NCBI GenBank assembly: GCA_964518425.1
Contig: CAZFGG010000004.1
Location: 5,701 to 69,700 of the forward strand
Reading direction: 5' to 3'
Source: an uncultured Gammaproteobacteria bacterium
Lineage (GTDB): Bacteria; Patescibacteriota; Patescibacteriia; SBBC01; CAIJZX01
Length of the DNA: 64,000 bases
The notes under the pieces were generated by a model. That model ran no database searches. It was not told the origin of the DNA and saw nothing but the letters and a program-made list of their open reading frames with translations. Both the position numbers and the translations under genes were made by a program. Below, piece by piece: positions 40,925 through 50,254 of this stretch (the first letter of the stretch is position 1; every line of letters starts with the position of its first letter).

Positions 40925-42256
40925 TTACGCCTTCACGAATATCAGCTTGAGGGTTTTTAGCAGTCGGCCTTTTGAAGTAACAGTGATAGTTTTCGTTCCA
41001 GCGCGTCTGGCTGAAAGCTTGAATGTCCAAATATTCGACTTAAAGGTTGGCTTACCGATGGTAATGAGTGGCGAGCTGATCAAGATAGGTTGGACCTTAA
41101 TGATCGTGCCGAATTTATTGCGGGTTCTGATTTGCACCGTGTACACCCCGGTACCATTGGCTTTGATACTCTTGCCGATAATCTTGTAGGTCGTCTTGTA
41201 TTTACTAATGGTCTTGAGGTTGGCCTGCTGGAGCTTCAGGCCGGCGGCCGTCATTTTGATGGTGTATTTCGGCGAGGAGAAGGTAATCGTTGAGACAGAC
41301 AAGGTTATTCCACCGGTAACGGCGTGAATGGTGAACGGTACGTCGCTGGTCGTGGTCGTGTCGCTGGTACGGGTGACATCAAGGGTGGATGTATCAACGT
41401 CGCCGCTCGCCAAACCGAATAGCGAATTGAGTACGGCTGTGGGAATAAAGGCCTCCATGCTACCGGTGTTGAGCGTCGTTCCATCCGCGAGGAAGTGTGG
41501 CGCGCCGAGACTGGCGACCAAACGCTTTGATCCGTCAGCAGCCGTCGAGGACGTAACCCAGCCGCCCATGGCTCCGGTGAGAGCGAAGTATGACCCGGCC
41601 ATATTGATTCCGACACCTGGTTCGAAGCTGAGGACGAATGACGCGCCGAGCACGTCTTCGCCGGATTTGTTGGCGTGGCAATCTGGTGGGACGGCCGTAC
41701 ATCCGCCAAAGTCGTCACCACTTCCGTGCGGCGTTCGTACGGGCGAGATCGTCGCATCGACTGAAGCCGCGGTGGTCCCAAGGTTAGCGGTCGTCCAGCT
41801 GCTGACCGAACCGTAAACCAAGGTGAACGTAAAGTTGGCGGCATTATCACCGAGGTTGGTCATGGTGATGGCGATTTTTGTGTCAGTCGTAACCGGGTCG
41901 CCCGTAGGAGTTGTGGCAATTGACAAATCGGAGGTGTTGCCTTGGTCGGTGTGCCAAATGACCGACACGCTCGTACGATTTCCTTTGGTCGTGTTTGGGC
42001 AAACCACGGCACCAAGAGAATTGAGCTCAGGATTAGCCGGGTCAGCAATAGCTGTTCCATCAACGGTCATGGAAGAAATTTGTGGCCGAACGACGCCTTC
42101 GCCGACCCAGGTCAGGGTCGTACTGCCATTGTCGCAGCTCGACTGGTCAGGCATGTTGAAGGTGGCTGCCTGGGCGTGAGCGTGAAGCCCAAAAATGCCG
42201 ATGATGGTGATCACGGCTGACGCGACGAATGTTCGTCGAAATGTATGTACCTGCAT
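40925..42256 (-). CDS. Secreted Thr/Ser-rich protein with Lys-rich C-terminal domain
   Basis: Signal peptide ending AHAQA; beta-rich body; basic last ~90 aa. Confidence 0.7.
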   Translation of the reverse strand: MQVHTFRRTFVASAVITIIGIFGLHAHAQAATFNMPDQSSCDNGSTTLTWVGEGVVRPQISSMTVDGTAIADPANPELNSLGAVVCPNTTKGNRTSVSVIWHTDQGNTSDLSIATTPTGDPVTTDTKIAITMTNLGDNAANFTFTLVYGSVSSWTTANLGTTAASVDATISPVRTPHGSGDDFGGCTAVPPDCHANKSGEDVLGASFVLSFEPGVGINMAGSYFALTGAMGGWVTSSTAADGSKRLVASLGAPHFLADGTTLNTGSMEAFIPTAVLNSLFGLASGDVDTSTLDVTRTSDTTTTSDVPFTIHAVTGGITLSVSTITFSSPKYTIKMTAAGLKLQQANLKTISKYKTTYKIIGKSIKANGTGVYTVQIRTRNKFGTIIKVQPILISSPLITIGKPTFKSNIWTFKLSARRAGTKTITVTSKGRLLKTLKLIFVKA

Positions 42257-42357
42257 TTGTTTTTTTCTTAATGATGAATGTTATGAATAGGCTAGCATGT
42301 TCACGCTAAAATGTCACGCCCGAAACAACCCCCGTTGGTGAGGGTTTGAATGACATG

Positions 42358-42470
42358 TGGCTCCGGGGGTCGGATTTACGACCCTGGGCAGCGGCGACTT
42401 GCCACTGGCAACTCGCCGGCCGCTCGAACTTCGCTTCGCTCGTTCTTGCTTCTGCCCTTCGAATCCGCCC
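42358..42470 (-). other. Structured element ending like a tRNA 3' end (...AAATCCGACCCCCGGAGCCA); probable att-associated remnant
   Basis: Nested stems GGGCGGATT/AATCCGACCC and GGGCAG/CTGCCC; GGAGCCA terminus; no D arm or anticodon arm. Confidence 0.45.
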
Positions 42471-42517
42471 AATCCAGATTGCGAAGACGGACGACACAAG
42501 GTCGTCCGCTTTCGCAA

Positions 42518-42628
42518 TGGCTCCGCCTCGTGGACGACGTCAGAACTTGGTTCCTGACGACCACAAAATATTTCAAGATTCCGGAGCTGGATCAGGTCAG
42601 TGCTCCACGCGATGCGCAGGCTGCCTAG
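42518..42628 (+). pseudogene. Probable C-terminal remnant of a tRNA-targeting recombinase (WLRLVDDVRTWF...)
   Basis: Starts at the second copy of TGGCTCCG; peptide resembles WLxxxDxxRT tails I recall from CPR serine recombinases. Confidence 0.4.
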
Positions 42629-42649
42629 GGGCCGAGCCGACGCTACGTG

Positions 42650-43102
42650 TCAGCCGTTGATCAGCGTGGACAACCAGACGAGGACGACCACGGTGATGAC
42701 GATGATGACGATGTTCGTCCGCATCTGACGGACGGCGAGCTTGTCGGTCTTCTTCGGATCGAGGAATTGCTCGAACTTGGCGATCGCCTCCGGGTCGCCA
42801 GTTGGGGCCAGTGTCCCGTCCGACCTGAGCGCAACCGTCAGCCTGAGGTTCCGGGCTGGTCGGCGGGGAAAGGCAAGGTAGATCAGCCCAGGGATCACGC
42901 CGAGGAGGAGCAGGATCGCAGCGACGAGGCAGCTCGCGCCGTCGGCGGGCACGGACCGCTCGTAGCGGATGAGGTCCGGCCGACGGTCGAGTAGGACCCA
43001 GCCCCTACCCCACTTCTCAGTGTTCATGAACTCTTCGAACTCGGCGAGGGCGTGGTTGGTGGCTGGTGGTGCGGTGGACATGCTGCAGGTGGTTAGTTGC
43101 AC
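42650..43102 (-). CDS. Small membrane protein (2 TM)
   Basis: ILLLLGVIPGLIYL and a C-terminal TM; start may be 43081. Confidence 0.6.
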   Translation of the reverse strand: MQLTTCSMSTAPPATNHALAEFEEFMNTEKWGRGWVLLDRRPDLIRYERSVPADGASCLVAAILLLLGVIPGLIYLAFPRRPARNLRLTVALRSDGTLAPTGDPEAIAKFEQFLDPKKTDKLAVRQMRTNIVIIVITVVVLVWLSTLING

Positions 43103-43133
43103 CCGGCCAGCGAGGAGCTGGCGGGTTGAACAA

Positions 43134-43352
43134 TTAGAAGGCTCTCCTTCGAGCCCGCCGGCGGTTCAGGCGGGTCAGCTGGTCGACCTGCCACAGCCGC
43201 ACGGCGCGCTGGCGATCGCGGGTCTGGAGGTAGAAGCGGATCAGGCGGCCGGCCGAAATAATCTCGGGGAGAAGAAACACCTGGATGGTCAGGCCGGCAC
43301 CAGCACCCATGCCGGCCACGAAGAGCAGGAGCGCTGAGGTGTCGAGTGTCAT
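43134..43352 (-). CDS. Small membrane protein, hypothetical
   Basis: N-terminal hydrophobic helix; co-oriented with neighbours. Confidence 0.4.
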   Translation of the reverse strand: MTLDTSALLLFVAGMGAGAGLTIQVFLLPEIISAGRLIRFYLQTRDRQRAVRLWQVDQLTRLNRRRARRRAF

Positions 43353-43372
43353 GGTACGTGGATCTGGCGAAA

Positions 43373-43930
43373 CTAGGTCTCGTGGCGGACTGGAGGCGTT
43401 GGTGGTGCCGCCCGGCGTGCCAGCTGCTCATCGAGCCACTCATCCCCCGCGCGCTTGATCGCCTCCATCTCGATCACCTCGCGCAGCACCTCCAAGCCCC
43501 GCGCGAGAAAGTCGGCCTTGCGCCGCTCGTGCAGTCCCTCTTTCACCACGGCACCCGCCAGGTCTTCCCGGGGCGCCGGCCACAGCATACGCAGGTCCGT
43601 GTGGTCGACGAGCTCCAGCACGTCACGCTTGTCGATTTGGGCGGTGTGAGGGAGAAGGTCGTACAGATCGCCGAGGCCACGGGTGTATTCGCGCAACACT
43701 TCGGTTCTCTTTCCTTCGGTGTCCCACTCGTCCTCTGGGCGATGCTCGCCCTCCCGCAAGCCGCGATCATCCGAACGGCCACCATGCTTGATCGCTTCGA
43801 CCTGATCGGCAGAGGGAACAACCTCGGCTTCCGGGCTCAGAGGCCTATCTGGGACAGCTTCAAGACCGGGTGATTCCGCGGTCGGGGGAATTATGGCTTC
43901 AGGAGGTGGGAACCCTTCACGTTCGGGCAT
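43373..43930 (-). CDS. Acidic hypothetical protein
   Basis: Pro/Glu-rich N-terminus; fills the gap in a co-oriented cluster. Confidence 0.6.
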   Translation of the reverse strand: MPEREGFPPPEAIIPPTAESPGLEAVPDRPLSPEAEVVPSADQVEAIKHGGRSDDRGLREGEHRPEDEWDTEGKRTEVLREYTRGLGDLYDLLPHTAQIDKRDVLELVDHTDLRMLWPAPREDLAGAVVKEGLHERRKADFLARGLEVLREVIEMEAIKRAGDEWLDEQLARRAAPPTPPVRHET

Positions 43931-44061
43931 AGCTGAAGTGTGCCACGATTATGGAAGGTTGCCTAGATCGGGCCCGTGCTCACTCAGCAGAGACCAAGGA
44001 GATCCGTCGCACCAACGAGCGCTACAGCCTTGAACTCATCGACCTGCCGGTCCGTCATCCC

Positions 44062-44592
44062 CTACTCATCGTCCAAGTACGCCTCCCCGGTCTGAATGCC
44101 CGAGATCGGCCCAGAGATGTCGAGCATCAGTTGGCCATCCGGCTGTCGCTTCCAACTCTTGATATAATCCGGCTTGAGCAAGTCGACCAGGCGTTCCATC
44201 TCGCGGTGATCAATGGCTCCCACCTCGCCCTGAATCGCCGGGTCACTTGGGTTGATGGGAGAACGCGATCCGCGGCGCATGACTCGCGTGATGTATTCCC
44301 AGAGCCGATCACGCTTCTTCTCCTCAGGTTCGGGAGAGAACGATGTGACTAGTCCTTCAAGCACCTCCTGCGTATATTTCATCTCTCGCGTTCGATAATG
44401 GATGATGAATGCGGCCAGCTGCTCCTTCGTCAAGTTCCTCGCAACGCTTCTGCCCGACGCGTCAATTTCCGCCGCGTGGCCGCGGCCAGTGCAGCGCGGG
44501 CACTCGAACTTCATCCACCCCGGGTTTGTTCCTCGGGACACCACAGCCTGATCTCCGCAAAGAGGGCACATTGGCACGCTTGACGCAGTCAC
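44062..44592 (-). CDS. Zn-ribbon protein (CPLC...CPRC) with probable winged-helix domain
   Basis: Two CxxC pairs; GGAGG SD before ATG 44598 (alternative start). Confidence 0.6.
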   Translation of the reverse strand: MTASSVPMCPLCGDQAVVSRGTNPGWMKFECPRCTGRGHAAEIDASGRSVARNLTKEQLAAFIIHYRTREMKYTQEVLEGLVTSFSPEPEEKKRDRLWEYITRVMRRGSRSPINPSDPAIQGEVGAIDHREMERLVDLLKPDYIKSWKRQPDGQLMLDISGPISGIQTGEAYLDDE

Positions 44593-44652
44593 TTCATGAC
44601 CTCCGCGTGTGAGCGCCGTTCTGGCAATGTACTCGATTGCTGAACAGGCTTT

Positions 44653-44919
44653 CTAAGTACGGAATCGCTGCGAACGCTTCCAACCCTCAAGCTTCCGCTT
44701 TAGCTGCCGCAAGTGCACCGGAAAAAGTATCATGATCTGAGCGAGACGCGCTCGGAGAGATCTTTCCGTGAGAGCCCACCGCCCGCGCCTAAGAAATGCC
44801 CTGAGAGCGTAAACGGTCGGGGCGCCGTCGACCAGGCCGTGCTCTCGCATGAACGATGTCAGATCTCGAGCAAAGGACTCAGCCTCGGCTTCTTCGACGA
44901 GCTGATGAGAGAGCGGCAT
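44653..44919 (-). CDS. Small hypothetical protein
   Basis: 88-aa ORF co-oriented with the cluster. Confidence 0.4.
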   Translation of the reverse strand: MPLSHQLVEEAEAESFARDLTSFMREHGLVDGAPTVYALRAFLRRGRWALTERSLRARLAQIMILFPVHLRQLKRKLEGWKRSQRFRT

Positions 44920-44989
44920 CTCTTCTAGCAGGGGGCCTTCACAGCATTCGCCAGCCTGCTATACTGGCAGGCCCGATTATCCCCCCGCC

Positions 44990-45976
44990 ATGCCCCTCAC
45001 CACACCCCCCTTAGTGACCGTGCTGGTTCTGAATTGGAACGGCCTCTCGCATACATCCGAGTGCCTGCGCTCGCTCGAGCGATGCACGTACACAAATTTG
45101 CGAGTGGTCGTGGTCGACAACGGCTCAGCGAACAACGAGGCCGATCAATTGAGGAGTCTGTTCGCTGGCCGGATCAGCGTCTTTGCGGCTGGCCACAACC
45201 TCGGGTACGCCGGCGGCTGCAATTTCGGCCTCAAGAACATTGCTGTAACCGAATTGCCCGATTACCTGCTTGCCATCAACAATGATGTGGTCATCAGTCC
45301 CGATGCCATCGAGCACCTCGTTGCCGAGGCGGAGACCGATTCACGGTGCGCGATGGTGGCTCCCAGGCTCATGAATTATGTTCACCGAGAACGTGTGGAC
45401 AATCTCGGCCTAGCCCTCACGGTCACTGGCCTTGGGTTTGATCGCAAGACTGACCGCTACCCCTTATTCTGCCCAAATGGAGCCATGGCTCTGTATCGCT
45501 TTTCCGCGCTCTGGCAACTGCTAGGCATTCAAGGCGAGGTCTGGGATTCTGATTTTTTTGCTTACACTGAGGACCTCGACCTCGGTTTTCGACTGCGACT
45601 CCTCGGCTTCACCGCCAAGGCGTGCCCGAACGCCGTCGGCTACCACAAAGGCGGGGCTACCTCCGGTGGCGCCACCTCAGACTTCTCTCTGTACCAAGGT
45701 CACCGAAACAACCTGTGGTTTGTCGCGAAGGATTTCCCCAGCAGTATGCTGGCGAAACACAGCCTGGGAATCCTCGCTACGCAGCTCGGTACGTTCCTGC
45801 TCTACGCTCGCCGGCGTCGCCTCGGCCTCCTTCTCCGGGCCAAGTGGAGCGCGCTTCGGGGTATCCCTAGGATGATCATGAAACGCCGCCGCGTCCTCCG
45901 TCTCCGGCTACTCACCGATCAGCAACTCGCGGCAGTGATGATCCCGCGAGCTTACGTCTCTCCGTCGAGCACCTAG
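44990..45976 (+). CDS. GT2 glycosyltransferase (WbbL/rhamnosyltransferase-like)
   Basis: VLNWNG, VVDNGS, NLGYAGGCN, INNDV, FFAYTEDLDLGFR. Confidence 0.88.
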   Translation: MPLTTPPLVTVLVLNWNGLSHTSECLRSLERCTYTNLRVVVVDNGSANNEADQLRSLFAGRISVFAAGHNLGYAGGCNFGLKNIAVTELPDYLLAINNDVVISPDAIEHLVAEAETDSRCAMVAPRLMNYVHRERVDNLGLALTVTGLGFDRKTDRYPLFCPNGAMALYRFSALWQLLGIQGEVWDSDFFAYTEDLDLGFRLRLLGFTAKACPNAVGYHKGGATSGGATSDFSLYQGHRNNLWFVAKDFPSSMLAKHSLGILATQLGTFLLYARRRRLGLLLRAKWSALRGIPRMIMKRRRVLRLRLLTDQQLAAVMIPRAYVSPSST

Positions 45977-46048
45977 GCGCGCCCGCCATTGACAACCCCC
46001 ACGTCTTGTTGTAGACCACATACGTATCACTAGTAACCACCGACGTTT

Positions 46049-46738
46049 CTGACTACCCGCAACACCATTCTCCTCAGCACTGCCGCCCTCGTCATCCTCC
46101 TCAGCGCTTGGTACGCCCTCCTTGGCGTTTCCCAGTCTTCCCGCGCAAACCGGAACCCAGCGTTCGCGCCAGCGAACAGCGGCCTCGCGAACGCCACGTC
46201 AAACACGGACACCTCCGTGAACCAGAACGCGTCGGGTAGCACGGCCACGGTGCCAGCGGGCTGGATGACGTATAACTCCGCCAATGCCGACTTCGCTCAC
46301 ATACGCGCTTACGACCCTTCCATCACCGTGTCGTACCCAGCCGACTGGAAGGTTACGGAGGAGCTTGGTGGCATCTACCTGGCCGAGGATGGCATTGGCA
46401 ACTTAGAGCCGCAGGTCAACATCACCCGCTCGACCACAGTGATTCATGGGGACCCTCTCGAAGCCTGCAAGTCGCAAGTAAGGGGCATCATCGGCCGGAC
46501 TCCGGTGTTTGACGTCGCGAAGCCGATGACCGTTGACGGCATTGTAAGTGCCTACATCGATTATCACCTACCGTCAGACGTGGAGACGCACTCGTCCGAT
46601 CGCGACGGCGTGTTTGTGTGCGTCCCTCTCCCGAACGCCACCGATTCGCTCTGGGGTCGCCCCCTCTCCTCGGAGCTCGTGCGCCAGAACTTCGACACCA
46701 TCCTTTCCACGTACCGGCTACACGCCAAGGGTACGTAG
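46049..46738 (+). CDS. Membrane-anchored PsbP-like/surface protein; non-canonical CTG start or degenerate 5' end
   Basis: Frame open from 46037 with a TM (TILLSTAALVILLSAWYALLGV) upstream of the track's GTG 46217; GWMTY...SYPADW...FDTILSTY pattern. Confidence 0.55.
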   Translation: MTTRNTILLSTAALVILLSAWYALLGVSQSSRANRNPAFAPANSGLANATSNTDTSVNQNASGSTATVPAGWMTYNSANADFAHIRAYDPSITVSYPADWKVTEELGGIYLAEDGIGNLEPQVNITRSTTVIHGDPLEACKSQVRGIIGRTPVFDVAKPMTVDGIVSAYIDYHLPSDVETHSSDRDGVFVCVPLPNATDSLWGRPLSSELVRQNFDTILSTYRLHAKGT

Positions 46739-46873
46739 GCGGGGTGGTTTGGCCGACGTTGTCTACCTAAGACACGGCTGCACGTCTTCACCGCAGCAAC
46801 CCTCGGCCGCTCTTTGACAATTGGACGTGCGGATCCGTCCGTGCGCCCAAACACAACCCAAAGGAGGGTCGTC

Positions 46874-49189
46874 GTGAGACGGATGTGCTGTCTGTTTGTC
46901 GTGGGCGCGTCACTTTTCCTCAGTGTGCCGCGGTCCGCGCAGGCTACGTGCCCTGGAAACTGGGGTGATTCGCTCGCCACCTACCGCAGCGTGGTGGCCA
47001 ACTCGAACGGCACGGACGTTGGCTGTTCGAATGGCAGCAGCTCGTACGGGTACAAGTATCAGTGCGTTGAGTTCGTGAAGCGCTTCTACGGAGAGGCGAT
47101 GCACTTCTCGTCAACGCCCTGGTCAGGTGACGGTGTCGACTACTATGGCTCCGCTGCCACCAAGGGATTGCGGCAGTTTGCTGACGGCGGGTCGGTGAAG
47201 CCCAAGGAGAACGATATCCTCTGCTTCTCCGGCAACACCTTCGGGCATGTCGGCATCATCACCGAGGTAGGCTCCAACTACGTCAAGATGATCGACCAAA
47301 ATCGCACCACCTCTGGGGGATCAAACAATCCGAAGCAATTGACCCTGAGCGGCCCGAGCGGTGGGTGGTCTATCTCGAGTTTCAGTGGCTCGTACCCCGT
47401 CCAAGGCTGGCTCCGAGGCTACACTTCGGACTACAAGGATCAGACACCCAGCGGCACCGCAACCCTCACACCAGGGCAGGCGCTGTACTTCAAGGTCCGG
47501 TACACGAACACGAGTCACGCCAACGCGCCGCATTGGAAGAACGACGGCGGGAGTCAGTCCGTCGAGCTGCGGTCATGCACGAGCACGGGAGTCGAGACGA
47601 GTTCTTTCCTGTACCCCGTGAGCGGTCAGACCACATGGCTTGATCCAACCGATCGCAAGCGCATCGTGCACATGACGGAATCGGACGTAGGAGGAAACAC
47701 GGGAGTCGCCACGTTTGAGTTCTGGGCCAAGGTCCCTGAGTCCGCGACGCTGGGGACGCACAACGTCTACTTCCGCCCCTACCATCAGTCTGGTCAATGG
47801 ATTGAGGAATGGGACGGGATGTACTTCTCAATCAATGTTGTTGCCCCAATACCCGATCCGGCGTACGGATTGATCCTTCGGAATCCCTCAACCGCCGAGT
47901 GGTGGACGAGGGTGTCGAACGGCTTGGCCTTCGCCTACCCGCCTGGAGCCAACACGCCAGCTGACCTTTGGATCTCCGGATGGGCTCTTGACGACGGCAG
48001 CTACACCTTCACTCCTTACGTCGGTGACTTAAACGGCGACACCTACGACGACCTGGTCGTCGAACGCAGTGACTGCAAGTGGTACGTAGCTTGGAACAAC
48101 CAAGACGGATCATTCACCTCGCAAGGATCACCGATTCTTAACCCGTGGGCCACGTCGCCGTCCCCTGGCAAATATTTCTTCTGGTTCACCAACGTGACCG
48201 GAGATGCCAAGGACGAGCTCCTGACCTACGATGCCTCTAACGGCAACTGGTACGTCTGTACGTTCAACACCAGCACGAATACCTTCGACAACTGCAGCAC
48301 CTGGTTGACGTGGGGTGGTGGTGTCGGAACGTTTCAGCCACTCGCCGGAGATTGGAATGGCGACGGCAAGAGCGATATCTGCCTGCGCAATCCATCCACC
48401 GGCAACCACTACGTCCGGTTATCCTCTGGCACTGGCTTCTACCAGGGCACGAACGACAACTGGATCGGCTGGGGCGCGGGCAGCGAGTTCATCCCGATCG
48501 TCGGAGACTGGAACGGCGACGGCAAGGACGACCTGATGCTATGGAAAACGTCCACCGGCGAGTGGTTCGTCCGAACGTCAGATGGCACGGCCTTCGTCTA
48601 CCCCTCGGGAAGCAACTCTCCGGCCGACCGCTGGATGGTCTGGGGCGATCCGAGCTACACGCTCTTTACGGGCGACTTCAATGATGACGGCAAGGTCGAC
48701 GTTGGATTACGGAATCCAAGCACTGGCGACCACTGGGTTCGCACCTCGACTGGCCTCGCCTTCACCCAACCCTCACCAGACAACTGGTTGGCAGGGTGGG
48801 GCGGTAGTTCCTACCAGCTGCTGACCGGACGGTTTGGCAACGGGGAGCTGGGCGGTGGGTTCTCGTTGCAGCCAGCGCCTCCTGAAGATGATCAGCCACC
48901 TCCGGCGGTGCCTCTGTCGTTCAGGATTTGGGTGGCACCAAATCCAACCACGTCGAATGCTACAGTCAACTTCGCCTTGCCGACGTCTGATCGGGCCAGC
49001 ATCTCGATCTACGACGTCAGTGGTCGTGAGGTAGCTCAGTTCCCCGAGGAACCCTATGGCGTCGGCCAGCACACGCTTACGTGGAGCAGGACCAGCCCCC
49101 GTGGAGGACGGGTGGCGGACGGCATCTACTTCCTGACGTTTCGGTCGACACTTCACACGATCAGCAAGAAGATCATTGTTCTCAACTGA
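46874..49189 (+). CDS. Secreted CHAP-domain amidase with Ig-like domain, FG-GAP/VCBS repeats and T9SS-type/FlgD-Ig C-terminal domain
   Basis: YQCVEFVKRF and FGHVGII (Cys/His); GD(W/F)NGDG.DD repeats; PNP...ISIYDVSGREV...GIYFL...KKIIVL tail; AAGGAGG SD before GTG 46874. Confidence 0.85.
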   Translation: MRRMCCLFVVGASLFLSVPRSAQATCPGNWGDSLATYRSVVANSNGTDVGCSNGSSSYGYKYQCVEFVKRFYGEAMHFSSTPWSGDGVDYYGSAATKGLRQFADGGSVKPKENDILCFSGNTFGHVGIITEVGSNYVKMIDQNRTTSGGSNNPKQLTLSGPSGGWSISSFSGSYPVQGWLRGYTSDYKDQTPSGTATLTPGQALYFKVRYTNTSHANAPHWKNDGGSQSVELRSCTSTGVETSSFLYPVSGQTTWLDPTDRKRIVHMTESDVGGNTGVATFEFWAKVPESATLGTHNVYFRPYHQSGQWIEEWDGMYFSINVVAPIPDPAYGLILRNPSTAEWWTRVSNGLAFAYPPGANTPADLWISGWALDDGSYTFTPYVGDLNGDTYDDLVVERSDCKWYVAWNNQDGSFTSQGSPILNPWATSPSPGKYFFWFTNVTGDAKDELLTYDASNGNWYVCTFNTSTNTFDNCSTWLTWGGGVGTFQPLAGDWNGDGKSDICLRNPSTGNHYVRLSSGTGFYQGTNDNWIGWGAGSEFIPIVGDWNGDGKDDLMLWKTSTGEWFVRTSDGTAFVYPSGSNSPADRWMVWGDPSYTLFTGDFNDDGKVDVGLRNPSTGDHWVRTSTGLAFTQPSPDNWLAGWGGSSYQLLTGRFGNGELGGGFSLQPAPPEDDQPPPAVPLSFRIWVAPNPTTSNATVNFALPTSDRASISIYDVSGREVAQFPEEPYGVGQHTLTWSRTSPRGGRVADGIYFLTFRSTLHTISKKIIVLN

Positions 49190-49197
49190 ACCAAGTC

Positions 49198-49235
49198 CTC
49201 CCCCCCTCTGTTTAAGAGGTGGGGGAGTTTTTTTT
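49198..49235 (+). terminator. Intrinsic terminator
   Basis: CTCCCCCcCTCT-gttta-AGAGgtGGGGGAG-TTTTTTTT. Confidence 0.65.
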
Positions 49236-49319
49236 GGCGGCTTCGTTTCCGGAACTGTGGGCCGGTTAGCGATAAGCGACGCTCTCAACCAGCTGCGCTC
49301 GAAGCATCGTTGAGCGGCT

Positions 49320-50222
49320 TCAGATCGAGTGATGAACGACCAAGAGGATCGCGGCAGAGGTGGCGTTGATCGCATACTCGGCCTGCGCGGCAGTCACGCT
49401 GCGCGGCTGCGTGCCACCACCGTGGGAGGTGCTCAGGCGATTTCTCATCGTCGCGACCAAGAGCAGCGGCTGCTCGAAAAAGGTTTCCAGGCCAGAGTTC
49501 TTGATCACAGCGTCGAGAAGAGGCTTCGCGGTATCGGTCGGCTGAAAGGGCAAACCCTTGATCGTGCAGACAATTTTGAGCACGCTCTCAAACGCGCTGC
49601 CACACTTGGTCAGGCAGTCGCCGTAGTCGCCCTTGCGAAAATCTTCCAGGGCCTGCAGAAATTCTTTGTTCGCCGCCCCGAACCGCCCATCAGCGAGTAG
49701 TTCAAGCGTGGGACCGACAGCCATGGCGTGGACCACCTGGGAGTCTTTCCGGATCACCCGGGGAAACTCCGCGACCCGCTGCGCCTTTCCGCCTGGCCAA
49801 TCAGACGGTACCTCTTCCCACACATGCTGGGTAAGGGCGTAGGGCAGGTCGTCACGCTGAAGGAATACGTTGATGCTCTCGATCAGCGGCTCGAGCGCAT
49901 GGACCCACCTACCCTCGCCGTGGCGGAAGATCATCTCCAGTGCATCGAGAAACTGTGGGTCAGAGCATTGCATGAGCCAGCGACCCGCTTCATCGCGAGG
50001 ATCACTGCCCCTCACTCCGAGGGTCATCGTGCCTTGGAGGTACGCCAGTCGCTTCCACAGGTCCGTCCACGCGGCACCTTCGATGCCGGCTTGGGCAACG
50101 ACCTCCTGGAAGCGCATCAGGACGCGGGTGCGAAACTCCGTGGTCAATGGCTTCAGCGTCACGTTGGTCGGCGCGTGGGTGGGTCGTCGCGAGAACACAT
50201 CGAAGAGCTTAGAGAACTCCAC
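49320..50222 (-). CDS. AbiJ-N-like + abortive infection C-terminal (Abi_C, HEPN-like) protein
   Basis: EFLQALE.FR.G.Y..C...CGSAFES.LK.V; RNRLSTSHG. Confidence 0.75.
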   Translation of the reverse strand: MEFSKLFDVFSRRPTHAPTNVTLKPLTTEFRTRVLMRFQEVVAQAGIEGAAWTDLWKRLAYLQGTMTLGVRGSDPRDEAGRWLMQCSDPQFLDALEMIFRHGEGRWVHALEPLIESINVFLQRDDLPYALTQHVWEEVPSDWPGGKAQRVAEFPRVIRKDSQVVHAMAVGPTLELLADGRFGAANKEFLQALEDFRKGDYGDCLTKCGSAFESVLKIVCTIKGLPFQPTDTAKPLLDAVIKNSGLETFFEQPLLLVATMRNRLSTSHGGGTQPRSVTAAQAEYAINATSAAILLVVHHSI

Positions 50223-50254
50223 GAGTTGCCCCTTCTGTCAGGGAAGGGCCGACG

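Noticed and set aside
42358-42470. Intact tRNA gene
   Set aside because: No D arm or anticodon arm and a degenerate T-loop; reported as a remnant instead.
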